Under the pieces are notes generated by a model, which saw only the letters and a program-made list of their open reading frames with translations, was not told where the DNA came from and ran no database searches. DNA of 64,000 nt from Staphylococcus phage vB_SurM-PSU4: sequence record OL436245.1; one strand, given 5' to 3'. The first letter of the stretch is position 1; each line of letters opens with the position of its first letter. This document shows, one piece after another, positions 10,638 to 20,336 of this stretch. The position numbers were made by a program, and so were the translations under genes.

Positions 10638-11164
10638 TGAATCAAATTATACCACAACCACCTGAATTGGTTAAATTTTTAACAAGTATAGAAGTCAAGA
10701 ATAGCTTCTTAAGTAAAAATATGTTAGATGATGAATTAGATTTTATTTCTTTCTACTATACACCTAATTTACAAATTAGTTTATTAGCAGAGGAAAATTT
10801 AAAATATTTAAAAAATGGTAATGTACAACTTACTTCTCAAGATTTAGGGGAAAATAGTTTTGTGAGAAGAATTATAAAATCAGGATTAAAAAGGCAAAAT
10901 TCTAAAGTTTATCGTTTAATGCAACTGATTGTTTTAGAGGTGTATTCTACAATAAATGCTTTAACTGAAAACCCAGAAAATGTAAAACATTTAACTGAGA
11001 AAGATTTAAATATTTTAAGTGATAATATTAATTATGTATGTGATTATTTAGGTGAAAGCGATGACTATAATAGTATTATACAAGATTTAAGAAATATAAG
11101 TTTAGATATAGATTTTATAAAATTACAATTACCATTAATTAAGAAAGAATATGGTGAGACATGA
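10637..11164 (+). CDS. Hypothetical baseplate-module protein, 175 aa
   Basis: ATG with GGAGG RBS. Overlaps both neighbours by one base (TAATG), suggesting translational coupling. Confidence 0.5.
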   Translation: MNQIIPQPPELVKFLTSIEVKNSFLSKNMLDDELDFISFYYTPNLQISLLAEENLKYLKNGNVQLTSQDLGENSFVRRIIKSGLKRQNSKVYRLMQLIVLEVYSTINALTENPENVKHLTEKDLNILSDNINYVCDYLGESDDYNSIIQDLRNISLDIDFIKLQLPLIKKEYGET

Positions 11165-11859
11165 GATTAAGAAAACATTATATACAATATGGAGAGACGT
11201 TACAAAGCATTTCGCAATCTTATTTTGACACACCAGAACATTGGTTAGATTTAATTGAACATAATAATTTAAAATATCCGTATATTGTAGATACTGATGA
11301 AGAAAAACAAAAGAGACCTGAAGAGTTAGTTACTTATGGTGATTACATAATCATACCTATACAAGATGACTTAAAAAACCTTCAGGCACAAGAAATTAAT
11401 AAAAGAGATAGAGATAAAATTGTTGAATTATCTTTGGGAAGAGACTTAAATATTACGAATGATGATATGAAAATAAGTGGTACAAGTGATGAAATACTTT
11501 CTCTTAAAGATAATGGACATAGAGATTTAGATACAGTAAGAGGTATAGAGAATTTAAAACAACAATTACAAACCAGAATGTTAACTAGGAGAGGTTCTTT
11601 ACTACTACATCCTAACTACGGTTCTGATTTACACAAATTATTTGAATTGAATACACCTGAACAAGGAATAAAGATACAAAATGAAATTAACAGAACATTA
11701 CTAGAAGATTCAAGAGTTACTGAAGTGAATTTGAATAATTGGATTATTGATGGTAACTTATTTAGAGGAGAATTTTCTGTTAATATTATATCGGTAGACC
11801 AATCTTTAAATTTCATTCTTGGAGCAGACTATAGTGGTGTATTCGCTATTTTTGAGTAG
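11161..11859 (+). CDS. Baseplate wedge protein (gp25/GpW-like) with N-terminal LysM-like segment
   Basis: N-terminus YIQYGETLQSISQSY...LIEHNNL is LysM-like. The C-terminal QLQTRMLTRRGSLLLHPNYGSDLHKLF matches the GpW/gp25 core. Confidence 0.65.
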   Translation: MRLRKHYIQYGETLQSISQSYFDTPEHWLDLIEHNNLKYPYIVDTDEEKQKRPEELVTYGDYIIIPIQDDLKNLQAQEINKRDRDKIVELSLGRDLNITNDDMKISGTSDEILSLKDNGHRDLDTVRGIENLKQQLQTRMLTRRGSLLLHPNYGSDLHKLFELNTPEQGIKIQNEINRTLLEDSRVTEVNLNNWIIDGNLFRGEFSVNIISVDQSLNFILGADYSGVFAIFE

Positions 11860-11868
11860 GGGGATAAT

Positions 11869-12915
11869 ATGAAGACGAGAAAGCTATCTGAAATACTAAC
11901 ACGTATGATAGATAAAGTAATGATAGGAACTGACCGAGTAACAGATTTTTCACCAGGCTCAGCAATTCGTTCATTACTAGAAGCTGTATCTTTAGAGATA
12001 GAGCAATTTTATATTTTAACAAAAGAGAATATTGAGTGGGGTATTGCAGAAGGGACAACGGAAGCTTTTGATTTTGAAAGGAAAAAGAATCGTAAAGCAT
12101 ATGGTGATGTTACCTTAAGAATGTATAACCCTTTAGAACAAAGATATTATATACCGAGAGGAACAATATTTACCTCTAGCAATAATCAATTCAGTCAGCA
12201 ATACGAAACTCTTGTAGACTATTATATAGAGCAAGGTTCAACTGAAGCTGAAATTGAAGTGTATTGTTTAGAAGCAGGAACTTATGGAAATATACCTGAA
12301 CATACTATTGATAGTATGTCAAGTGCAAGCTCAGTGATTAAAGAAGTAGATAATGAAACATCATTTAATACAGGACAAGATTTAGAAAGTTTAGAAGATT
12401 TAAAAGAGAGATTCCATTTATTTATTGAATCTAGAGGAAGAGCTACTAACAAAGCTATTCAATATGGAGTATTGAGTGTTCCAGATGTTGAGGGCGTATA
12501 TGTATATGAACAAGTAGGAAGAGTTTTAGTTTACGCCCATGACCGTAATGGTAACCTATCCAATATCATGGTTAAAGAAATATATGAAAATATAGAAGAC
12601 TATAGACCAAGTGGTATTAAATTAGATGTTCAACCTGTAGACAAAATAAGTGTAGATGTGAATGTTGATGTAGAAATCACAAACAAACAAAGAATTAATG
12701 ATACACTTAAAGAACATATCGAGAATGTTATTAGAAACTATTTAAACGATTTTACAGTAAATAAAGATTTAATACTTGCAGACTTAACACAAGTTATTAT
12801 GAATATAGACGATTCACTTATTTATGACTTGACATATAATATAAATCATGAGAATATTATAACAGAACCTCACGAAATTATTCGTTCAGGTGAAATAAAT
12901 GTAAATCTTAAATAG
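11869..12915 (+). CDS. Baseplate J-like protein (gp6/GpJ family)
   Basis: N-terminal DFSPGSAIRSLLEAVSLEIEQFY is typical of the baseplate_J family. Immediately follows the gp25-like gene. Confidence 0.7.
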   Translation: MKTRKLSEILTRMIDKVMIGTDRVTDFSPGSAIRSLLEAVSLEIEQFYILTKENIEWGIAEGTTEAFDFERKKNRKAYGDVTLRMYNPLEQRYYIPRGTIFTSSNNQFSQQYETLVDYYIEQGSTEAEIEVYCLEAGTYGNIPEHTIDSMSSASSVIKEVDNETSFNTGQDLESLEDLKERFHLFIESRGRATNKAIQYGVLSVPDVEGVYVYEQVGRVLVYAHDRNGNLSNIMVKEIYENIEDYRPSGIKLDVQPVDKISVDVNVDVEITNKQRINDTLKEHIENVIRNYLNDFTVNKDLILADLTQVIMNIDDSLIYDLTYNINHENIITEPHEIIRSGEINVNLK

Positions 12916-12929
12916 GAAGGAGGTTAATC

Positions 12930-15900
12930 TTGAGTAATTTTTTAAAAAACTTACACCCTTTATTAAAACGTAAGAAAAATCCAAAGGACAATAAAGACCC
13001 TCACTATGCAATTATTAATATGTTTAGTGAAGAGTTAGATAATTTAGAACAAGAAACGATTGATAGTAAAATACAATCTAGTTTAGGTACTGCTACAGGA
13101 AAGTACTTAGATATTTATGGAGATTGGTACGGATTAGTTAGAAAGAAAAATGAACTTGATGATACTTATAGAGATAGAATTATTGAGTATGTACTTTTAA
13201 AAAGAGGAACAAACAATTCTATTATAGGAGCTATTAAAAGGTTTTTAGAGGATGAAGATGTTTATGTAGATATATATGAACCTTTTAAAAATATATTCTA
13301 TACAAATAAATCTCATTTAAATGGTGAAGACCACTTAATGGGAAATTATTATAGATTTGCTATTATAGATATTACAATAGGTAAATCATTCCCTTTAGAA
13401 ATTATGGATGAAATTAATAAGTTTAAACCTGCTGGAGTTAAAGTTTACTTTACGTATGATGGCAGTTATGACTTAGGTGAAGATAAAATAATTACACCTG
13501 TGTTTTATAAAGGTTATCCTAAAGTAACAACATACCAAGATGTAGATATATTTAGAGGGTATGGGAGAATTTTATACGGTCATTTAAATTTAGGCATAGC
13601 TAAAGTTAAAGATATTACAGATGTTTTTAAAACAAATAATAGTTTAATTAATAGTTTAGACGTTTTGTCAGGTTCTGCTACGGTTGGTAGGGAATTTTAT
13701 AACTACGCTTATCAAACACAACGTAAATATGAGCCAACAAAGGAAGATTACGTCACAACAATATCTACTATGTTTAACCAAGCCATAGGAGAAGAATTAG
13801 CTAAAGACTTTTATACAGAAACATCAGTTAGGGATAATATAAAACCAGAGTTGGTACTTAAAGGAAATAATAAACGAACAAATATACATTTTAACTTAGA
13901 TACAATAGAATATTTAAGAAGAAAAGGTATTGTTGTTTCTAATTTAGGAATGAGTGAACGAGAACTAACTAACTATGTTAGTAATTATTTTGGGGAAGTT
14001 AGTTTAGACTTAGATATACAAGCCATGGTTTCACCTTCAAATCCTGTATCTGTAAAACTTTGTATCTACGATTTTGAGTCTTACTCTTGGGTTATAGTAT
14101 CTAGGGAAACTTTAACTTTAACAGAAAAAAATATAGGTAATAAAATAGGTAACTTAGTAGATTATTTAAATGATAACTTAACTATATTTATTAAGTTAGA
14201 AGTTGAACCTGTTAAAGAAGATACAGAATTAAGGATAGGTTACTTTGATTTAACATTTAGAAGATATGAAAAAGATGTTTATACAATAAAACCATTTAAA
14301 GGATTAATAGAAAACCATCAAGAAACAGATTACTTAGCAGAGTTAGATGCTATAAAAGATATAGAATTAGATAATGGAGATATTATTACTAAATCTGGTT
14401 ATCAACCTACGCAATATTTAAGGTTAACAGATGGGTACGATAATAGTATTAACAGAAACTTAGTTTTTAACTCACAAGATATAGATAACCATATAAACAC
14501 TTTTCGAGGAGCTACAAAAACGATAGAGAAGAGTTCTAATGGGTATACACGAGTAAAACTTACTGGTGGTGACTGGGATGTTAAAGCCTTTTATGAATTA
14601 AATGAAATATTTAGCTATATATTAGAAGAAATATCTATATCATTTAAGTTAAAGACAAAAAAACCTTTAAAGATAACACTGAATGGATTTTATTCACAAG
14701 ACGGTAATAACTTTTATTATAACGAAAACGAAACTGTTTATCTTAAAGCAGAGGGATATTCTTATACAGGAGGCTCGCCCCACATACAGTTTAGACCAAA
14801 TGGTAGCGAAGACCTTGACTTTGAAATGAAAGATGTTAAAATGGAGTTAGGTAATAAGGCAACACCCTACCAACCTAACCCTGAAGATATATATGGAGCT
14901 AATGACCCCAATCAATATGTAGACATTATAGCTAAAGATATAGAAGGTAATATAAAACCTAGTAAAACTGTATTACAATACGAAACTAAAGCAACACCTT
15001 ATAACACTTCCCCAGAAGATATGGTGTCATTTCTAGATAAGACAATCAGGTTCACAGGGGTCTACAATGATATACAATCTATATGTTTAAGAACTACAAC
15101 AGACTTAAATAATGTTAATTTACAATACGGAGTATATGGAAATGATTTCCTTAATATGAAGAAGTTTACTACATTACCAGTAGGAGAAACACACGTAGAA
15201 AATGATACAATTGACTTGTATGGTATTAAGAACTTAACATACCAAACATTAAATCCATTTAGTCAAGTAATCATAAGACCATTCTTAGATTTCACAATAA
15301 CTAAATTGATGGAAGATATAGGTAATATTGTAGACTTACCTAATGGGTTCTTTAATGCGTTATGGCAAGAAGTAGATATTTACTCTGAGCATAAAAACCC
15401 AACACCTAAAGTATTAAAAGATGTAGCAAACGGAACTATAGATAACTCTACAGGAGATGTTATAAAGATACCTAAACAAAGTATTAATACCTATACAGAT
15501 GTAGATATAAAAACATTAGTACCTTCAGTATATAAACAATCACTTACATTAGACTCTAACTTAACATTAGGTGAATTAGCAGATACAAAACTAAGTACAA
15601 AAGAGATAAATATTACTCAAGTACCTCAAGTTACTACAGAAACAACTACAAGAGACTTAATTATTAGAGATAGTTATAAAGAGAAGAAAGTAACACAATC
15701 ACAATTTGTTGAATATCCTTTAATTAAACCTATAGAAACAGGTAAGAGATATAGAGTTATTGTTGAAGGTGATTTCAAAGATAATGTATTTATCTCTATA
15801 TATAATTCGAATGCTAACTTTAATGAAACATTTATTTATCCAGAACAGGTTATTAATGGTGTAGGTACAAGAGAAATTATAGCAAGAGATGAAACAAGTG

Positions 15901-15995
15901 ATAAACCTAGACTAAATGAAACTATAATATTAAATATCAGACCTTATGATGGTAATGAAATCACAATTTATAGTTTTGATATAATTGAACTTTAA
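12930..15995 (+). CDS. Large tail morphogenetic/baseplate protein, 1021 aa
   Basis: TTG start after AGGAGG. Conserved position after baseplate J in SPO1-like tail modules. Confidence 0.6.
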   Translation: MSNFLKNLHPLLKRKKNPKDNKDPHYAIINMFSEELDNLEQETIDSKIQSSLGTATGKYLDIYGDWYGLVRKKNELDDTYRDRIIEYVLLKRGTNNSIIGAIKRFLEDEDVYVDIYEPFKNIFYTNKSHLNGEDHLMGNYYRFAIIDITIGKSFPLEIMDEINKFKPAGVKVYFTYDGSYDLGEDKIITPVFYKGYPKVTTYQDVDIFRGYGRILYGHLNLGIAKVKDITDVFKTNNSLINSLDVLSGSATVGREFYNYAYQTQRKYEPTKEDYVTTISTMFNQAIGEELAKDFYTETSVRDNIKPELVLKGNNKRTNIHFNLDTIEYLRRKGIVVSNLGMSERELTNYVSNYFGEVSLDLDIQAMVSPSNPVSVKLCIYDFESYSWVIVSRETLTLTEKNIGNKIGNLVDYLNDNLTIFIKLEVEPVKEDTELRIGYFDLTFRRYEKDVYTIKPFKGLIENHQETDYLAELDAIKDIELDNGDIITKSGYQPTQYLRLTDGYDNSINRNLVFNSQDIDNHINTFRGATKTIEKSSNGYTRVKLTGGDWDVKAFYELNEIFSYILEEISISFKLKTKKPLKITLNGFYSQDGNNFYYNENETVYLKAEGYSYTGGSPHIQFRPNGSEDLDFEMKDVKMELGNKATPYQPNPEDIYGANDPNQYVDIIAKDIEGNIKPSKTVLQYETKATPYNTSPEDMVSFLDKTIRFTGVYNDIQSICLRTTTDLNNVNLQYGVYGNDFLNMKKFTTLPVGETHVENDTIDLYGIKNLTYQTLNPFSQVIIRPFLDFTITKLMEDIGNIVDLPNGFFNALWQEVDIYSEHKNPTPKVLKDVANGTIDNSTGDVIKIPKQSINTYTDVDIKTLVPSVYKQSLTLDSNLTLGELADTKLSTKEINITQVPQVTTETTTRDLIIRDSYKEKKVTQSQFVEYPLIKPIETGKRYRVIVEGDFKDNVFISIYNSNANFNETFIYPEQVINGVGTREIIARDETSDKPRLNETIILNIRPYDGNEITIYSFDIIEL

Positions 15996-16019
15996 AAAAA
16001 CACAATAATATGATATAAT
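15991..16019 (+). promoter_or_regulatory. Possible promoter with extended -10 TGaTATAAT and weak -35
   Basis: tgatataat at 16011-16019, 17 nt after TTTAAA. It lies inside an AT-only palindromic stretch, so support is weak. Confidence 0.25.
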
Positions 16020-16069
16020 AATATTATATTAGAACAGATAGAAAACTTATAAAGAAGGGAAATAACAAA

Positions 16070-16588
16070 ATGGCAATTACAACCTATAATGCTAGGGTGG
16101 AACTAGCTAAGTTTATCATAAGTAAGATTAATACAACTTACTTAGTGATTGGAAGACCAACACCTTGGTCAAATGAACAAGCACCACCTGAGCCTACTGA
16201 AAGCACAACAAAATTAGATGATATAATCGGATATAAGAAAGTAACAAAAGCTGTATTAGTTAGACCAACTAAAGACAGTGATTCAAACAGAGAAATTATA
16301 TCTTACGGAAACAAATCATGGACAGTGATTGGTGAGGGAGAAGCTATAGCAGAAGGAGCTAAATGGGTGTACTTTGAAAGTAAAGTAGTCGGAGACGAAC
16401 TACCAACAGGTACACATAGACAAGCAGGAATTGCAATTGATGTAGAGCCTAAAACAGGTATCGGTAAACAGGCATTATTGCCTAGTGAGTTAAATTCACA
16501 AGGTACTTTAATGTTCTATGATAATAAACAATTCCAAAACAGAACTGAACAAGTAACTACAACAGAGCGAATGGTTGTAGAATTTTAA
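16070..16588 (+). CDS. Conserved tail/baseplate structural protein, 172 aa
   Basis: ATG 9 nt after AAGAAGGGA. Lies between two large tail genes. Confidence 0.55.
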   Translation: MAITTYNARVELAKFIISKINTTYLVIGRPTPWSNEQAPPEPTESTTKLDDIIGYKKVTKAVLVRPTKDSDSNREIISYGNKSWTVIGEGEAIAEGAKWVYFESKVVGDELPTGTHRQAGIAIDVEPKTGIGKQALLPSELNSQGTLMFYDNKQFQNRTEQVTTTERMVVEF

Positions 16589-16606
16589 TAAAAGGAGAGA
16601 AAATGA

Positions 16607-19600
16607 ATGGCAGTTAATTTAAGGACTTCTCCTTATAATGATAGATTTGACCCTAGAAAAGATAGGGTCAAGTTATTGTTTAATCCTGATAGACCATTAC
16701 AACAAGCTGAATTAAATGAAATGCAATCTATCATAGAATATTACCAAAAGAATTTTGGAGATTCAATCTTCAAAGACGGAGATATTCAATCAGGATTAAA
16801 CTTTACATTAACACAAGATAATGTCCTAACCTTAAACCCAGGTTATGTATATATAGGAGGAAGAATTCGTTACTATGATGGTGATGATTCTATTCAATTA
16901 TCAGGTGTAGGTAAAGAGACAATAGGATTGAAATTAACACAAACAATTATAACACCTGATGAAGATTCTAGTTTATTAGACCAAACAAATGGTGTACCTA
17001 GTTACTTCTCTAGAGGTGCTGATAGGCTCGAAGAAAAATTATCAATAGGACTTAATGACCCTACTTCAGCACCAATTCATGTTTTCCAAGATGGGAAATT
17101 ATATATTCGTTCACTTAACCCTGAAGCCGAGAAGTTCCATACTATACTAGCTGAAAGAACATATGACGAATCAGGTTCATATAAAGTAGAAGGATTTAAT
17201 ATATTCTCTGAGGAAAGACCAGAAGATAAAGGTAAAGATACTGTACCTGTAGTTATTGATGCAGGTAAAGCTTATGTAGAAGGTTTTAAAGTAGATAAAC
17301 CAACCTCAACTCGAATATCTGTACCAAAGTCTACAGCAACGAAAAAAGGTACAAATGAATCTACAGTATTTAATAAATCTGACAATAAAATCACTCTAGC
17401 AAATGCACCTGTTAAATCAGTAGATAGAGTATCTGGACAAGTATTAGTTACTAAAGAAGAAGTAGGTAGAGCAAGTGCAGGAGATAGTGCAGACTACCTC
17501 AAAAATAACACAGCTTTTGAAGTTGTAAAAGTATGGACAGAATCAAGCCCAGGTAATACACTTAAAGAATATAAACAAGGTCAAGATTATGTGTTAACCA
17601 ATGGACAAGAAATTAATTGGTCTCCTCAAGGTCAAGAACCTCAAGGTGGTACAAGTTACTATGTATCATATAAATATACAAGAACTATGCGTGAAGGAAC
17701 AGATTACAAAGTAGTCAATGTAAATGAAGGTGAAGGTGTATTAGAAAGAACATACTTAGACTTCAATCTAAATGGTGTTAAACCAATTGACCAATCCGTT
17801 ATTTTAGTAGACTATACTTACTACTTAGCACGTAAAGATGTTCTTATGTTAAATAAATATGGGGATATTACTAGACTTGAAGGTGAACCTGATATTCTAA
17901 GAATGGCAGTTGCACCACAACAAACAGACCCATTAAACTTAAAATTAGGTATCGTAACTGTATTACCTAATTCAGATGAAGCTTATTGTGAAGAAGATTC
18001 TGTTAAACGTTTATCAATGTCTGAATTACAGAAACTTAAAACAAGACTAGAAAACGTAGAATATAACCAAGCTGTTAATGCTTTAGACCAAGATGCAATG
18101 GAAGGGCAAGACCCTCTTACACTACGTTCTGTTTTCTCAGAAGGTTTTATTAGTCTTGATAAAGCAGACATCACTAATTCTAATTTTGGTGTATCCTTTA
18201 GTTTTGAAGATGCTGAGGCTACATTACAGTTTACTACAGCAGTTAATGAACCTAGTATTGACAAGAACAAAACAAATGCTCATATATGGGGAAGATTAGT
18301 TTCTGCTCCATTTACAGAAGAGAGGGCACTTTTCCAATCACAAGCAAGTGAAACAATGAACGTTAACCCTTATAACATTCCAAATAAACAAGGGGTATTA
18401 CGAATTACACCAAGTGAGGATAACTGGATTGATGAGGAACGTATTACAGTTACAGACCAAAAAACAAAAACAATGACCGTTAATCGTTGGTGGAGACACT
18501 TAGATGACCCTAACAGGTTCGGTTCTAATGAACAAGCAGCATTTAATAATATTAAATTAGATGCAGGGCAATCATGGGGTAACCAAGGACGAACAGCAGG
18601 TGCTGCTTACAGATATGATACTAAATATGGTCGTACTGGTACAATGCTTGAAGCAGGTGGAACTAGAACACTAGAAGAAGCTATTGAGTTTATTCGTGTA
18701 AGAGATATTAATTTTACAGTTACAGGCTTACATCCTAATGCTGATAACTTATACGTACTGTTCGATGGAATTCGTTGTCCTATTGTTCCACATACAGATA
18801 GAGGGTTCACAAAAGGTTCTGAATCTGGTACAATTAGAACAAATGCTAAAGGAAGAGCTGAAGGTCACTTTACAATTCCAGCAGGTGTACGTTGTGGTAC
18901 GAGAGAGGTTACAATAAGAAACGAGGAATCTGTAGCTTCTACTTCATATTCAGCACATGGACGTAAGAAAACAGTACAAGATGTTATTATTCGTACACGA
19001 GTTACAATTAACTTAGTAGACCCACTAGCACAATCATTCCAATTCTTAGATAATAGAACGATAAGTTCTCTAGGATTATACTTTGCTAGTAAAGGGGATA
19101 AGAATTCTAACGTAACAATTCAAATTCGTGAAATGGGAGACCAAGGTTTCCCAACAAAAGTAATTTGTGCTGAAACAGTATTAAATGCTGACGACATTAA
19201 AATCTCTAATGATGCAAGTGCAGAAACAAGAGTTTACTTTGATGACCCAATGATGGCTCAAGCAGGTAAAGAGTATGCAATTGTAGTTATTACAGAGAAT
19301 GATGATTATACTATGTGGATAGGGACAAGAACACAACCGAAAATAGATAAACCTAAAGAAACAATATCTGGTAACCCTTATTTAGAAGGTGTACTATTCA
19401 GTTCATCCAACGCAAGTACATGGTCTGTTCACCAAAACTCTGATATGAAATTTGGCGTATATACTTCTAGATATGAAGAAAACGGTACTATAGAATTTGA
19501 CCCTATTGAGAATGTAGAAGCAGATAGAGTAGTGCTTATGTCTTCTTATCTAACTCCAGAAAATACAGGTTGTTTCTGGGAAGCTAAGATTATTTTTGAA

Positions 19601-20104
19601 GACATGGATGAAGGTGTAACGTTCGATATGCTTACTTGGCAACCAATTGGTAACTATCAAGATATTGACTTAGGGGCAAAAGCTAGACAGATTAAACTTA
19701 GAGCTACATTTAAATCTAATAGATATATTTCCCCATTACTAAGCTCAAGTGACTTAACATTTACTACATTCTTAACTGAATTAACAGGTAGTTATGTAGG
19801 TAGAGCAATCGACATGTCAGAAGCACCATACAACACTATTAGAATAAGTTATGAAGCTTTCTTACCACAAGGAACAAAAGTAACACCTAAATATTCTACA
19901 GATAATGGTTCTACATGGAAAACGTTCACTGAGACACCAGATGTTAGAAGAGCAAACACAGAATTCTATAGATATGTTATAGAAGAAAAAGTTAAATCTA
20001 GTGGAACATATGATAACTTTAAAGTTCGTTTAGATTTAGAAACACAAAATAGCTTCTTAAGACCAAGAATTAGAAGACTTATGTGTACGATGAGAGAAGA
20101 ATAA
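16607..20104 (+). CDS. Adsorption-associated tail protein, 1165 aa
   Basis: AAAGGAGAG RBS. Its size and its position just before the receptor-binding protein genes match the ~1150-aa adsorption-associated tail proteins of Twort-like phages. Confidence 0.6.
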   Translation: MAVNLRTSPYNDRFDPRKDRVKLLFNPDRPLQQAELNEMQSIIEYYQKNFGDSIFKDGDIQSGLNFTLTQDNVLTLNPGYVYIGGRIRYYDGDDSIQLSGVGKETIGLKLTQTIITPDEDSSLLDQTNGVPSYFSRGADRLEEKLSIGLNDPTSAPIHVFQDGKLYIRSLNPEAEKFHTILAERTYDESGSYKVEGFNIFSEERPEDKGKDTVPVVIDAGKAYVEGFKVDKPTSTRISVPKSTATKKGTNESTVFNKSDNKITLANAPVKSVDRVSGQVLVTKEEVGRASAGDSADYLKNNTAFEVVKVWTESSPGNTLKEYKQGQDYVLTNGQEINWSPQGQEPQGGTSYYVSYKYTRTMREGTDYKVVNVNEGEGVLERTYLDFNLNGVKPIDQSVILVDYTYYLARKDVLMLNKYGDITRLEGEPDILRMAVAPQQTDPLNLKLGIVTVLPNSDEAYCEEDSVKRLSMSELQKLKTRLENVEYNQAVNALDQDAMEGQDPLTLRSVFSEGFISLDKADITNSNFGVSFSFEDAEATLQFTTAVNEPSIDKNKTNAHIWGRLVSAPFTEERALFQSQASETMNVNPYNIPNKQGVLRITPSEDNWIDEERITVTDQKTKTMTVNRWWRHLDDPNRFGSNEQAAFNNIKLDAGQSWGNQGRTAGAAYRYDTKYGRTGTMLEAGGTRTLEEAIEFIRVRDINFTVTGLHPNADNLYVLFDGIRCPIVPHTDRGFTKGSESGTIRTNAKGRAEGHFTIPAGVRCGTREVTIRNEESVASTSYSAHGRKKTVQDVIIRTRVTINLVDPLAQSFQFLDNRTISSLGLYFASKGDKNSNVTIQIREMGDQGFPTKVICAETVLNADDIKISNDASAETRVYFDDPMMAQAGKEYAIVVITENDDYTMWIGTRTQPKIDKPKETISGNPYLEGVLFSSSNASTWSVHQNSDMKFGVYTSRYEENGTIEFDPIENVEADRVVLMSSYLTPENTGCFWEAKIIFEDMDEGVTFDMLTWQPIGNYQDIDLGAKARQIKLRATFKSNRYISPLLSSSDLTFTTFLTELTGSYVGRAIDMSEAPYNTIRISYEAFLPQGTKVTPKYSTDNGSTWKTFTETPDVRRANTEFYRYVIEEKVKSSGTYDNFKVRLDLETQNSFLRPRIRRLMCTMREE

Positions 20105-20106
20105 TA

Positions 20107-20130
20107 AAAGGGCTATCAAGCCCTTTTTCT
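20107..20130 (+). terminator. Rho-independent terminator
   Basis: aaagggct-atca-agcccttt hairpin followed by a T-run, immediately after the stop at 20104. Confidence 0.6.
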
Positions 20131-20162
20131 TACATACAAAAAATACTTAAGAGGTGAAAGAA

Positions 20163-20333
20163 ATGCCTACAGAAAAAAGAGATTATTATTCAGGTGCATT
20201 ATTATTTGTACCTACACGAGAAGAAAGAACAACAAAAAAGCTTAAAGAAGATTTGAGAAGTGAACTAGACGAAGTTAAAAAAATAAAAGAAGAATATATG
20301 AAAGAATTAAACAAATTGAGAGAAGGTAAATAG
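20163..20333 (+). CDS. Small ORF, 56 aa, basic coiled-coil peptide; absent from the ORF track
   Basis: ATG 6 nt after AAGAGGTGAAAG. It ends 3 nt before the next start codon. Translation begins MPTEKRDYYSGALLFVPTREERTTKKLKEDL... Confidence 0.35.
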   Translation: MPTEKRDYYSGALLFVPTREERTTKKLKEDLRSELDEVKKIKEEYMKELNKLREGK

Positions 20334-20336
20334 AAT

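Noticed and set aside
16001-16030. AT-only palindrome ataatattat and surrounding near-symmetric sequence, as a possible operator
   Set aside because: Short AT palindromes are expected by chance at this base composition. No second copy or pattern was found. Only the overlapping extended -10 was kept, as a low-confidence promoter.
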